Positions 28,916-41,050 are shown, counted from the whole stretch's first letter. The stretch is 63,081 nt of DNA, filler included, from Octopus bimaculoides (GCF_001194135.2; 7 parts of 6 records of this genome joined end to end with filler, not necessarily neighbours in it), one strand, 5' to 3'. The notes: generated by a model not told the origin, from the sequence alone. Program-made: numbers and translations.

Positions 28916-29008
28916 TTATACCATCTTTTTTCTGTTGCTATTCCATAATGTTGGCATAGCTTCCAGTGTATATAGGTCCCAGCTCTGTCGTGTCTGTGAA
29001 TATATTCC
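28916..29008 (-). mobile_element. R4/Dong-clade (RLE) non-LTR retrotransposon fragment, 5'-truncated
   Basis: EYIHRHDRAGTYIHWKLCQHYGIATEKRWY matches the R4/Dong segment EY..RHD.V..YIHW.LC..Y.....KWYEH that follows the CCHC knuckle. Cut by a gap. Confidence 0.75.
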
Positions 29009-29013
29009 TTCTT

Positions 29014-29073
<60 letters not shown>
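29008..29073. repeat. (CTT)n(TTA)n compound microsatellite
   Basis: Visible runs. Confidence 0.95.
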
Positions 29074-29074
29074 G

Positions 29075-29190
29075 GCAGAGTTGTTAGTACAATCGATAAA
29101 ATAAATGCGAGTCAATTACTGAAGTTGATGCAATTGACTTACCCGCTTCCCGGGATTGCTGGTATTGTGCCAAAACTTGAAATTATTTTA
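29075..29190 (+). mobile_element. Diverged SINE family B 3' part
   Basis: TCGATAAAATAAAT...GATGCAATTGAC...GCTGGTATTGTGCCAAAACTTGAAA. Confidence 0.55.
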
Positions 29191-29203
29191 AACATCATTG
29201 TTG

Positions 29204-29251
<48 letters not shown>

Positions 29252-29470
29252 GCGAGCTGGCAAAATCGCTAGCGCGCTGGACGAAATGCTTAGCGGTATT
29301 TTGCCCTTGCTACGTTCTGATTTCAAATCTGCCGAGGTCGACTTTGCCTTATATCCTTTCGGGATCGATAAATAAGTACCAGTAAAACACTGGGGTCGAC
29401 ATAATCGACTAGTCACCTCCCCAACAATTTCAGGCCTTGTGTGTGCCTCTAGTAGAAAAGATTACTATTA
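29252..29470 (+). mobile_element. SINE family B, near full length
   Basis: GCGAGCTGGCAAAATCGCTAGC...CCGAGGTCGACTTTGCCTT...AAGTACCAG...AGGCCTTGTG...TAGTAGAAAAGATT. Confidence 0.88.
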
Positions 29471-29830
29471 TCATTATTTTACCTGGCACTATAATTCACT
29501 TTCGATAGTTAAAAATAATGAAAGGATGATATTTACCTGAGGCCAGAATCTCATCGATCCCTTCACACTCTTCTTCATTTTTGTGTGTCACACAAAAGGA
29601 AAAAAAAATGGTGCAGAGGTTTTTATAAAATAATTAATATAAATAAATAAATTGAAATTTAACCTTAATCTACAACATAAGCGATCTCTTTCTCTGATGT
29701 CACCCTGCAGTGAAAAGCTGCCAAGGTAGGCAATGGTGGCTATTCCTCTCTCCACGGCCACAGTCAGACCCGTCCGCATATATTCATGACGATAATCGCC
29801 TGAAAATTAAACCGAACGTCGTCTTAACAG

Positions 29831-29927
29831 GCGGCGCAAGAGTACAGGGTGAAAGATGTCAGTCCAGGTCGCTTTTCGTGCCTCAAGCGGGCTTGTCTAC
29901 TTTTATGGCATCGGCGTGTCTGCGCAG
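29831..29927 (+). CDS. Candidate coding exon (AAQEYRVKDVSPGRFSCLKRACLLLWHRRVCA); an alternative acceptor gives 29711-29927
   Basis: GC/CpG-rich block with donor CAG|gttagt. Acceptor gtcttaacag gives a phase 0 start in frame with exon 26981-27118. The upstream acceptor caccctgcag gives a 217-bp phase 1-2 exon. Confidence 0.35.
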
Positions 29928-29935
29928 GTTAGTTC

Positions 29936-29988
29936 TAACTACTGCTACTACTATCACCACCACCACCACTACTACTACTATCATCACC

Positions 29989-30019
<31 letters not shown>

Positions 30020-30049
30020 TTACTACTACTACTATCACCATCACTACTG

Positions 30050-30082
<33 letters not shown>

Positions 30083-30420
30083 TTACTACTATTACTGCTA
30101 CTACTTTCACCACCACCACCACTACTACTACTATCACCACCACCACCACTACTACTATTATTAATACTATTACTATCACCACCACTACTACTACCACCTA
30201 CACCATCACCACTATTACTACTACTACGACTAATACTACTACTATTACCACCACCTATACCACTACTGCTACTACTACTACTACTATCATCACCACCACC
30301 ACCATTAAACTACTACTACTACTATCACCACCACTTTCATTACTATTATCACAACTGCTATTACTACCTCCACCACCACCACCACCACCACGACTACCAC
30401 TACTACTACTACTACTACTG
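29936..30420. repeat. Compound trinucleotide tract (ACT/ACC/ATT/ATC)n
   Basis: Visible. Produces the poly-Thr, poly-Tyr/His and poly-Val ORFs. Confidence 0.95.
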
Positions 30421-31306
30421 GTAAAGTTTTCAGATAACATTTAGAAATTGGTCATGATTCTCAGCTTGGATGTCCGTCGGCAAAAATTGTGAGGTGCCCT
30501 TCACCCCCCAGCCCCCACCCCACCACCATCATCGAAACTTGTAGCACACTCCACTCTCACCACTTCCATTTCGCTGCCAGTGACGCTACGTNNNNNNNNN
30601 NNNNNNNNNNNNNNNNNNNNNNNNNNNNNNNNNNNNNNNNNNNNNNNNNNNNNNNNNNNNNNNNNNNNNNNNNNNNNNNNNNNNNNNNNNNNNNNNNNNN
30701 NNNNNNNNNNNNNNNNNNNNNNNNNNNNNNNNNNNNNNNNNNNNNNNNNNNNNNNNNNNNNNNNNNNNNNNNNNNNNNNNNNNNNNNNNNNNNNNNNNNN
30801 NNNNNNNNNNNNNNNNNNNNNNNNNNNNNNNNNNNNNNNNNNNNNNNNNNNNNNNNNNNNNNNNNNNNNNNNNNNNNNNNNNNNNNNNNNNNNNNNNNNN
30901 NNNNNNNNNNNNNNNNNNNNNNNNNNNNNNNNNNNNNNNNNNNNNNNNNNNNNNNNNNNNNNNNNNNNNNNNNNNNNNNNNNNNNNNNNNNNNNNNNNNN
31001 NNNNNNNNNNNNNNNNNNNNNNNNNNNNNNNNNNNNNNNNNNNNNNNNNNNNNNNNNNNNNNNNNNNNNNNNNNNNNNNNNNNNNNNNNNNNNNNNNNNN
31101 NNNNNNNNNNNNNNNNNNNNNNNNNNNNNNCACAGCCACCACCACCACCACCACCACCACCAAAATCTCATTAGTCATCACAATCAAACGACGAAGCTTT
31201 TAAGTGTTCTCTTGACCTGCTAGAAAATGTAGTCAATCCCCTTCACATTACACTCTAATATCTTTAAAAAACAAAGAGGTTATTAATGTAGTCCTAGGTA
31301 AACTAG

Positions 31307-31642
31307 TGAAGGTGCATGGCTCACTGATTAGAGCGTCGGGCTCACAATCATGAGGTAGTGAATTCGATTCTCGGACCAGGCTGTGCGTTGTGTTCTTGAG
31401 CAAGACACTTTATTTCACGTTGCTCCAGTTCACTCAGCTGTAGAAAGGAGTTGCAGCGTCACTGGTTCCAAGCTGTATCGGCCTTTGCCTTTCCCTTGAA
31501 TAACATCGGTGGCGTGGAGAGGGGAGGCCGGTATACGTGGGTAACTGTTGGTCTTCCATAAACAACCTTCCCCAGACTTGTGCCTCGAAGGGTAACTTTC
31601 TAGATGCAATCCCATGGTCATCCATGACCGAAGGGGTCTTTA
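31307..31642 (+). mobile_element. Full-length tRNA-derived SINE (family C-related head, different 3' body)
   Basis: TGGCTCACTGATTAG A box, GAATTCGATTC B box, then TGTGTTCTTGAGCAAGACACTTTATTTCACGTTGCTCCAGTTCACTCAGCTG. Confidence 0.85.
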
Positions 31643-32354
31643 TCTAGGCAAAGGATATATGAAAACAAGATAGGATTGGCACAGTAGGAATGACCTTGAC
31701 CAGAGATGTTTGCTCAAGAGGGGTTAATAAACAAGAATATTCATGTTACTTGATAAAAATATTCTGAAGAATAACATGGAGGAGATCCCACCAACCCCGC
31801 TGCACGCTTGGTGTAATTAACACCAACTGACCACCTGCTTGCTTGGTTTCCATCTTCGACCTGTATTTTACTCAATCCTAGTGACTCCGCCAGTCAGGAT
31901 TTATTATTCATCTACATTTTTTGTGTGCAAACTTTGGCAAAGTTTTTGAGGAAGACTAGCAGTTGTCCATGCATGCACATCCCACCCTCTCCCTAACACC
32001 GATGTTATCCAATTAAAGTTGGTCGCCTTAGGACCGATACAACTCAGGACCAGCATCGTCGCAGAAGTTGCTTTCAGAAGGCAAAGAATTGGAACAGATA
32101 TATTTCAGCATCTTTCCCCAACTTCTAACAGTTTCCACCAATCTGCCGTCCTGGACTGGTAAAATTTTTCATCAATTCTGTAACGACTACAGTCACCGTT
32201 GACCAAAGCGGGATTTGAGCAAGGAGCGCAGAGTCACAATAAGTACTGCGTAGTATGCTACTCAACACTTAAACGATTTTACCAATTCGACACCATTTTG
32301 ATATTACATTATCAAAATGATTAGCTATTGCAATTTCATGACTCATGAAGTTAC

Positions 32355-32505
32355 ACTGACCCCAATGCTTAACTGGCACTTAATTTATCGATCCCGAAAG
32401 GATGAAAGGCAAAGTCGACCTCGGCGGAATTTGAACTCAGGACGTGCAGACAGACGAAATGCCGCTAAGCATTTTGTCCGGCCTGCTTAACGATTCTGCC
32501 AGCCT
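32355..32505 (-). mobile_element. SINE family B copy
   Basis: GAAAGGATGAAAGGCAAAGTCGACCTCGGCGGAATTTGAACTCAG core. Confidence 0.9.
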
Positions 32506-32523
32506 TCTTCTAACCTAATATAT

Positions 32524-32805
32524 TCTTTTCTACTCTAGGCACAAGACCCGGAATTTTCTGAGGAGGGGGGGGGGCAGTCGATTCGATCGACCCTAGTACG
32601 CAACTGGTACTTAATTTAGGCACAAGGCCCGAAATTTTCTGAGGAGGGTGACCAGTCGATTAGATTGACCCCAGTACGTAAATGGTATTTAATTACTCGA
32701 CCCCGAAAGGATGAAAGGCAAAGTCGACCTCGGCGGAATTTGAACTCAGAACGTAAAGACGAAATGCCGTTAAGCATTTTACACGGCCTGTCAGCTCGCC
32801 GCCTT
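32524..32805 (-). mobile_element. SINE family B copy with an internal ~80-bp duplication
   Basis: Same core as the adjacent copy. TAGGCACAAG...TTTTCTGAGGAG...CAGTCGATT...GGTA.TTAATT occurs twice. Confidence 0.9.
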
Positions 32806-32963
32806 CTTCTAACCTAATATATTGCTGAGGCTTCAACCTCTGCGCTGCACTATACTTCCGTAGAACAGATTATTTATTAGGAGACAGTTTTCGTTAAAAC
32901 TAACACGTTTGCAATAATGCCAGGGAATACTCAAACATGTACCAAGTCACTCTTAGTCACCCT

Positions 32964-33340
32964 TTGTTGTTGTTGGCATTCCGTCGCTTACGACGTCGAG
33001 GGTTCCAGTTGATCCGATCAACGGAACAGCCTGCTCGTGAAATTAACGTGCAAGTGGCTGAGTACTCCACAGACACGTAGTTCTCGGGGATATTCAGCGT
33101 GACACAGAGTGTGACAAGGCTGACCCTTTAATTACAGGCATGACAAAAGCAGGAAGTAAGAGTGAGAGAAAGTTGTGGTGAAAGAGTACAGCAGGGTTCG
33201 CTACCATCCCCTGCCGGAACCTCATGGAGTTTTAGGTGTTTTCGCTCAATGAACACTCACAACACCCGGTCTGGGAATCGAAACCGTGATCCTATGACCA
33301 CGAGTCCTCTGCCCTAACCATTGGGCCATTGCACCTCCAC
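32964..33340 (-). mobile_element. Full-length SINE family C with (CAA)n tail and 12-bp TSD
   Basis: Minus-strand head GTGGAGGTGCAATGGCCCAATGGTTAGGG...GGTTTCGATTCCC. TSD CTTAGTCACCCT at 32952-32963 and 33340-33351. Confidence 0.92.
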
Positions 33341-34029
33341 TTAGTCACCCTACCACGCATCTAACCACCATTTATCTTCAACCTACGTACTTTCGTTCCG
33401 CATGGCCTTAATTTACGTCCTAATTTTCTTTAATTGCACTGTCTATTGTCATATCTTAGATCTTCATGTGTTGTTTGTATTAGTTTCTGGCCTATATTTG
33501 TTTGTGTTGTAGCAATTATACATAGAGCTTGGTCATATTTTTGTGTTGTGACAATTACACATACCGCTTGGTCGTATTCCCCATAATCGCTTATTTGTTC
33601 ATCCGCTCATTCATTTACATGTTCATTCCTTCATTCACTTAATCACCCATTATCTCATTCTTTTCCTTCCATAAAGTCTCACTTTTGATATCAACATCCA
33701 ACATCAGTGAAAAGGTGCCCTCTGGACAGAGAAAATTATATTCCACTTGGATAAATCGAAGCAGTTGACTAGAAAAGGAAATAAAGAAGGAAAGAGGGAA
33801 AATGGAAAAAAAAAGAAAGAAAATTTTAGAATCAATTGAAATGTTTATGAAAGTCTAGATTTTACGCACACCTTCACATTTACACAAAGTCACACACACA
33901 CACACACACACAGACACACACACATACACACACATATGTATACATATATATATATATATGTATATGTATATATAATACTTACATCGATATGCAGGTATAT
34001 ACCAACAGGTATATGATTATATCCTTATA

Positions 34030-34096
<67 letters not shown>

Positions 34097-35003
34097 GTAT
34101 GTATATACATATATATATATATATATNNNNNNNNNNNNNNNNNNNNNNNNNNNNNNNNNNNNNNNNNNNNNNNNNNNNNNNNNNNNNNNNNNNNNNNNNN
34201 NNNNNNNNNNNNNNNNNNNNNNNNNNNNNNNNNNNNNNNNNNNNNNNNNNNNNNNNNNNNNNNNNNNNNNNNNNNNNNNNNNNNNNNNNNNNNNNNNNNN
34301 NNNNNNNNNNNNNNNNNNNNNNNNNNNNNNNNNNNNNNNNNNNNNNNNNNNNNNNNNNNNNNNNNNNNNNNNNNNNNNNNNNNNNNNNNNNNNNNNNNNN
34401 NNNNNNNNNNNNNNNNNNNNNNNNNNNNNNNNNNNNNNNNNNNNNNNNNNNNNNNNNNNNNNNNNNNNNNNNNNNNNNNNNNNNNNNNNNNNNNNNNNNN
34501 NNNNNNNNNNNNNNNNNNNNNNNNNNNNNNNNNNNNNNNNNNNNNNNNNNNNNNNNNNNNNNNNNNNNNNNNNNNNNNNNNNNNNNNNNNNNNNNNNNNN
34601 NNNNNNNNNNNNNNNNNNNNNNNNNNNNNNNNNNNNNNNNNNNNNNNNNNNNNNNNNNNNNNNNNNNNNNNNNNNNNNNNNNNNNNNNNNNNNNNNNNNN
34701 NNNNNNNNNNNNNNNNNNNNNNNNNNNNNNNNNNNNNNNNNNNNNNNNNNNNNNNNNNNNNNNNNNNNNNNNNNNNNNNNNNNNNNNNNNNNNNNNNNNN
34801 NNNNNNNNNNNNNNNNNNNNNNNNNNNNNNNNNNNNNNNNNNNNNNNNNNNNNNNNNNNNNNNNNNNNNNNNNNNNNNNNNNNNNNNNNNNNNNNNNNNN
34901 NNNNNNNNNNNNNNNNNNNNNNNNNNNNNNNNNNNNNNNNNNNNNNNNNNNNNNNNNNNNNNNNNNNNNNNNNNNNNNNNNNNNNNNNNNNNNNNNNNNN
35001 NNN

Positions 35004-35042
<39 letters not shown>

Positions 35043-36133
35043 GCACACATATTTATATATAAATGGGCACAGGCATACATATATGAATTCACGCGCACAT
35101 TCATTTTTACGAGATATGTTGGCACACATTTGTATGAATAAAATTGAATATATGTGTAAACATGCAGAAATATCCCTGGGTCATGAACGCGTGCACAAAC
35201 CTGTATATATAGTGAGTATATGTGTGTCAATGCGTTGTTTATGAATATATGAACATATGTATAAAGCCAACCATATATTAACAACGCCAGAAAGTATCCG
35301 CATCTATAAACATATACACAACCATCGATTCTTTTATAAATGTTATTCATAGACGAATAATTATATATCTATATACAGAAGGTATTCAGTCACACACACG
35401 CACGCGCACACGCACACATACACACGCACACGCACACACACACACACGCACACACACACACANNNNNNNNNNTGTATATATATATATGTGCATATATGTG
35501 TATATGTGTACATATATACATATATACGCTCATACATACATGCATAAAGTTCGGTCAGATATACAAGCATGGACGAGACGCACATATATATACAAGTGTT
35601 TGATGGCTGTGTCACATCCGATGTATCAATAGAAATATTTTGTTGTTTAGTTTACATCTTTCGTAATTGTCGTTTGTAGTGTAGCCTGAGATTATTTTAA
35701 CAATGTTTCGCGAATGGAATCTATGCCTGGATCGCTCGAATAAGCGAAGTAGAGAATATAGGCCTACTTTACATTTTTTGAAACAAACATAGATTTAATA
35801 TATACAATATATACAAGGATGGTAAAAAAAAATTCCTCTAGTTAATCCCCCTCTTTCTTCTGTCCTTCTTCTCTCCTCTCTCACTCTCCTTCTCTCTCTC
35901 TCTCTTTCTTTCTGTCTTTCTGTCGCTTAATGTCTCCCTCTATATTACGCTCTTTCTCCCTGTTGCCTCCATATAGTCGCATATCTTTAACACGCCTACG
36001 AAGACGCACATACGTCTGTATATGATGGAGCAATTTTTCAGGAATCGCTCGCACGCAGACACATCAAAATGCACTATCAAGCATTAAACGCTTATACACA
36101 GACACACACACGCACTCACGCACGCATGCACTT

Positions 36134-36171
<38 letters not shown>

Positions 36172-36530
36172 AATCTCTCTCTCTCTCTCTACTCGCATTC
36201 ACATTCCATACATTCACACAAGTTTCACAATCACGCAAATATCTTCATACTTGTACAGGCACATCTGACATCTATAAAAATTTACTAGTAAATGTGATAT
36301 ACATAGACATATGCACACATACATACAGTTATACACGGGGACACACGCACACTAATATATATACAGAAAAGGACCCGCACAAACGTGTACGAACGTAGGC
36401 ATGCGCAAACACGCTCACACACGCATACACCCATCCAACCTGATTATGCAAAAAAAAAAAGGATAAATTAGGCACTGTGAACAAACAGCATTTTCATGAA
36501 TATCGCAGTCATAACTCGAAATAGTAAGCT

Positions 36531-36577
<47 letters not shown>

Positions 36578-36611
36578 ATACAGCGCTTAAAGAGATGATG
36601 ATAATATAAAT

Positions 36612-36820
36612 AAGAATAGTTTCTAATTTAGGTACAAGACCAGCAATTTTAATAGGGGATAAGATCAGTTGATAACTTCGACCCCACTATTTGAGTGGTA
36701 CATTATTTTATCAACCCTGAGGGATGATAAGTTGACCTCTGCTAGATTTGAACTCAGAACATAAAGCGCACGCTCGAATGCTACAGAGAATTCTTTCGAA
36801 CGCTTTAACTGCTCAGCCTG
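36612..36820 (-). mobile_element. Diverged SINE family B
   Basis: GGTACATTATTTTATCAACCCTGAGGGATG...GTTGACCTC...TTTGAACTCAGAAC. Confidence 0.75.
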
Positions 36821-36834
36821 TCTCCACATGAACG

Positions 36835-37005
36835 ACTCTATTGTGAATATCGCTCTGCTACCTTCCTTTGACCGGGAAAGTCTGGTTGCTTTTCCCTTTC
36901 TGATTGCTATGGCGAAAGAAGCTGTTTGGTAACGCGACTTAAAAGACTGAGAACACTTACCATTTTGGTGAAGCCCTCATCGACTTTTTTTCAAGTTCCA
37001 CCAAA
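36835..37005 (+). mobile_element. Possible Tx1/L1-like LINE 3' coding remnant
   Basis: SIVNIALLPSFDRESLVAFPFLIAMAKEAVW...FFKFH resembles, from memory, the C-terminal region of Tx1-like ORF2. Stops are present. Confidence 0.35.
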
Positions 37006-37542
37006 CACATAGCAAGACCTTCTGTTCAAACCACCCTTGTTTAATAACAGGTTTTAAAGCCTGGCCCGAATGGAGCCACTGATTTCTTTTATTAGGATTG
37101 CGATACTAGATCAATTTTCCTCCCAAGTCACTATTCGACGGCCATCTCGAGGATTTGCCTGCAGTTGTCTACATATGTTCACATGTCATTTAGCCAAGTC
37201 ATTGGTCACTTCATGAGGAGCTTCACAACAGCGTCTCTTCACAAGGTCGAACTTATGAAGGTGTCGAGTGATACACATGAAGAGAGACACATAGATAGAG
37301 AAGAAGAGAGATGAGTGATAGCGATAATGGCAAAGATCAGTAAACGAGATCGAAACAATCTTGCAACAGTCTTTTGTATTAAATGCCGGAAAAGGTTACA
37401 GATTTATAATCACAAAAACCGTCAATATAATACTGACATAAGATGATACATTATTGGTCACTAAATTCCTCACGATTTGTGTTTAGAGGCTCATTCTTGA
37501 AAAGATCAGTATCCATACATACACATCTATTGGTACATATAT

Positions 37543-37955
37543 AGGCGTGGCTGTGTGGTACGAAGCCTGTTTCCCAACCACATAGTTCCGGTTTCAGTCC
37601 CGTTGCGTGACACCTTGGGCAAGTGTCTTCTACTACAGCCTCAGGCCGACCAAAGGCTTGTGAGTGGTATTGGTAGGGGGAAACTGAAAGAAGCCCGTCG
37701 TATATAAATAAATATACATATATGAATATGTCTGTGTGTATGTTTTGTGTCTGTGTGTATGTTTTGTGTCTGTGTTTGTACCCCGCCACAGCTTGACAAC
37801 TGTAATGTATCGGTTCGGCAAAAGAAACTGATAGAATAAGTACAAGGATTTGAAAACTAAATCCTGCGATCGATTCATTCGACCCCCAAATCCCTTCAAA
37901 CCGGTGCCGCAGCGTAATCGCAGTCAAATTACTCAAGCAAATATAAGATAAAAGG
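37543..37955 (+). mobile_element. SINE family A, near full length (tRNA head, CORE-like block, internal microsatellite)
   Basis: AGGCGTGGCTGTGTGGTA...GGTTTCAGTCCC...CACCTTGGGCAAGTGTCTTCTACTA...GAAAGAAGCCCGTCG(TA)n...GGCAAAAGAAACTGATAGAATAAGTAC. Confidence 0.9.
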
Positions 37956-38628
37956 TATATTAATACACACACACACACACATTATANNNNNNNNNNNNNN
38001 NNNNNNNNNNNNNNNNNNNNNNNNNNNNNNTTAATTAATTAANNNNNNNNNNNNNNNNNNNNNNNNNNNNNNNNNNNNNNNNNNNNTATATATATATATA
38101 TATATATATATTCACACACACAAACACATATATACTTCAACACACACACAAACACACACTCATACACACAAAAGCACCCACTTATTAACAATCGCAGCTT
38201 ATATAACCAACTGCTTATTGTTACAAAAATTAACCGAACCCAGACTCTTTTACGAGTTCACCGTTTATCAGCCAGTCTGTGTACATATGCACATGTGTGT
38301 GTGTGTGTGTGTGTGAGTGAACGCATGTGTGCTGCTTATGACGTCAGAAGCAGTGAACGTGAGATGAACATCAACAAACGAGTGTTTCTTTTTCCTTTTC
38401 TTGTACCATTTCTTGAGAGCAGGTATCACAGGAATATGAGGCCTACCAGAGTTTAACCATTAACCATTTAAGAATATTGTATCATGTTAGAAAATCTCTG
38501 CTCAAGATAGAAGCAGTTATACAAACCAAAAATGTACTGCTTGTGGGCTACTTTAAAGCGGCAGTCCTATTAAGGAGGCGACGATACTGTAATTTAACCC
38601 CAGGAAGACATAGCCTCCAGCTAGTTTA

Positions 38629-39166
38629 TTCACGAAACAAATTGAAGGCATGACTGATCTCAATTACTGGGACCGCCTTAAAGCCTTGAAGCTCTACTCT
38701 CTCCAGCGCCGCCGCAAGCGGTACATCATCTGTACGATGTGGAGAATATACCACCAGCATTGCCCAAACGACATGAACATTAGTTTCAAGGTTCATCCAA
38801 GGCTGGGACCATGGGCCATATGTCCCCTGCTCAATTCAGGATCACAACATATAGGTACACTGCGGCATAATTTCTTTTCCTCAACAAGCCCTGCCCTGTT
38901 TAATATTGTCCCGAAACAGATAAAAGAGGAAAAGGATCCCATCACCTTTAAACGGAGTCTGGACAGATTTCTTCAAGGAATACCAGACAAGCCACCCATA
39001 CCTGGATACAACTCACTCAATAAGAACTCACTACTTGAATGGACCATAAACAAAACTCGACTTAAAAAGGATTTAGATAATCCTATCAGGTGGTGCTATC
39101 AAGTTAGACATGGCCTGGACCAATCTTTGGTCGAAACATATCTAAGTTTTATCTAAGTTTATCTAA
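38629..39166 (+). mobile_element. 5'-truncated CR1-group LINE, ORF2 C-terminus plus 3' tandem tail
   Basis: FTKQIEGMTDLNYWDRLKALKLYSLQRRRKRYII...FNIVPKQI...FKRSLDRFLQGIPDKP...NSL is typical of the post-RT region of CR1-group LINEs. Ends in (ATCTAAGTTT)n-like repeats at 39140-39166. Confidence 0.85.
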
Positions 39167-39339
39167 TGCGCTTCTCACATCTGATATTTATTGCAAGTGA
39201 GAGATAACTTCTGTCACCCTAGCTTCAGGACCATGTGGTTTTGATCTGTATTGTGTCTCCTCGGTGGTGGGCACTTGTTGCCAGGCATGGCTGCAGTTTA
39301 CCTTGCCTGCAATATATAGAAAACACAGTAGTAAAGATT

Positions 39340-39430
39340 GTTTGCCAACATAACAAGGCAGTCCTGGTTTAGGACGAATGTTGCTGTAACTTAGCCCCAG
39401 GAAACATCGTCTTCAGCTGGCTATACGACA
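39340..39430 (+). repeat. Unclassified repeat, homologous to 38563-38626
   Basis: GGCAGTCCT...TGTAA.TTA.CCCCAGGAA.ACAT.G.CT.CAGCT.G occurs on both sides of the LINE fragment. Confidence 0.6.
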
Positions 39431-39705
39431 CAATCTGTGTCCTTATATTTTGGGGGAATTCAGCACTGAATTTCCCTGGAGAACATTCTTTTCGTTTATG
39501 GTTTGACCGTTGATGGTCAATTTCTAGCGTAAAGGATGTCCACTTAGTGGTCATCCCTTCTCACATGTATGTAATATAATTTTTCTGAATTTTCAGAATT
39601 TTCTTTATGCCAGGCCACTGGTTTTAAATTGGTGTTAATTAAATTAATATCCAATTTATTACCCCCTTTTTATTTAAATTATAACGTTTGAATGAAAAAT
39701 ATCCC

Positions 39706-39922
39706 TTTCTACTATAGGCACAAGGCCTGGATTTTGTGGGGAGGGGCACAGTCAATCACATCAATCCCAATACTCAAATGGTACTTAATTTATCGACACC
39801 CCCCTGAAAGGACAAAAGGCAAAGCTGACCTCGGCGGAATTTGAACTCAGAATGTAGCGATGGGTGAAACACCATTATGCATTTCGCCCGGCATGTTAAC
39901 AGTTCTGCCAGCTCACAGCCTT
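39706..39922 (-). mobile_element. SINE family B
   Basis: AAAGGCAAAGCTGACCTCGGCGGAATTTGAACTCAGAATG...TTCTGCCAGCTCACAGCCTT. Confidence 0.88.
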
Positions 39923-40079
39923 AAAATGAAAAATATTCCGTCTACACAAATGTATGTGCAAGCATATGTATATATATCTATGCATGCATGTACAATATAC
40001 ATGTGTATATCTACATATATCTATATCTACATATGTATGTCTATGTATATATATATGTATCTATATATATGTGTATGTA

Positions 40080-40138
<59 letters not shown>

Positions 40139-40297
40139 GTATGTATATATATATATATTACTATCATCATCATCTCACATATACAAGAGATATGCTTGAT
40201 CATGTTGCTGGCAACAAGAGATTCCATCTGTTATCACAAACTGAATTCTGATAAAATGATACATTATATATGTATATATATATATATACATATATAC

Positions 40298-40344
<47 letters not shown>

Positions 40345-40850
40345 NNNNNNNNNNNNNNNNNNNNNNNNNNNNNNNNNNNNNNNNNNNNNNNNNNNNNNNN
40401 NNNNNNNNNNNNNNNNNNNNNNNNNNNNNNNNNNNNNNNNNNNNNNNNNNNNNNNNNNNNNNNNNNNNNNNNNNNNNNNNNNNNNNNNNNNNNNNNNNNN
40501 NNNNNNNNNNNNNNNNNNNNNNNNNNNNNNNNNNNNNNNNNNNNNNNNNNNNNNNNNNNNNNNNNNNNNNNNNNNNNNNNNNNNNNNNNNNNNNNNNNNN
40601 NNNNNNNNNNNNNNNNNNNNNNNNNNNNNNNNNNNNNNNNNNNNNNNNNNNNNNNNNNNNNNNNNNNNNNNNNNNNNNNNNNNNNNNNNNNNNNNNNNNN
40701 NNNNNNNNNNNNNNNNNNNNNNNNNNNNNNNNNNNNNNNNNNNNNNNNNNNNNNNNNNNNNNNNNNNNNNNNNNNNNNNNNNNNNNNNNNNNNNNNNNNN
40801 NNNNNNNNNNNNNNNNNNNNNNNNNNNNNNNNNNNNNNNNNNNNNNNNNN

Positions 40851-40888
<38 letters not shown>

Positions 40889-40999
40889 TACATGCACATA
40901 CACAAACGTATATATGTATATACATGCACATACAGACACATGTATGTGTAAGTATGTTTATACATACTTTATGTACAGTTATAGATACAGATACCCATA

Positions 41000-41050
<51 letters not shown>

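Noticed and set aside
31307-33340. tRNA genes
   Set aside because: A and B boxes are present, but they continue into SINE bodies with tails or TSDs and have no proper acceptor stem.
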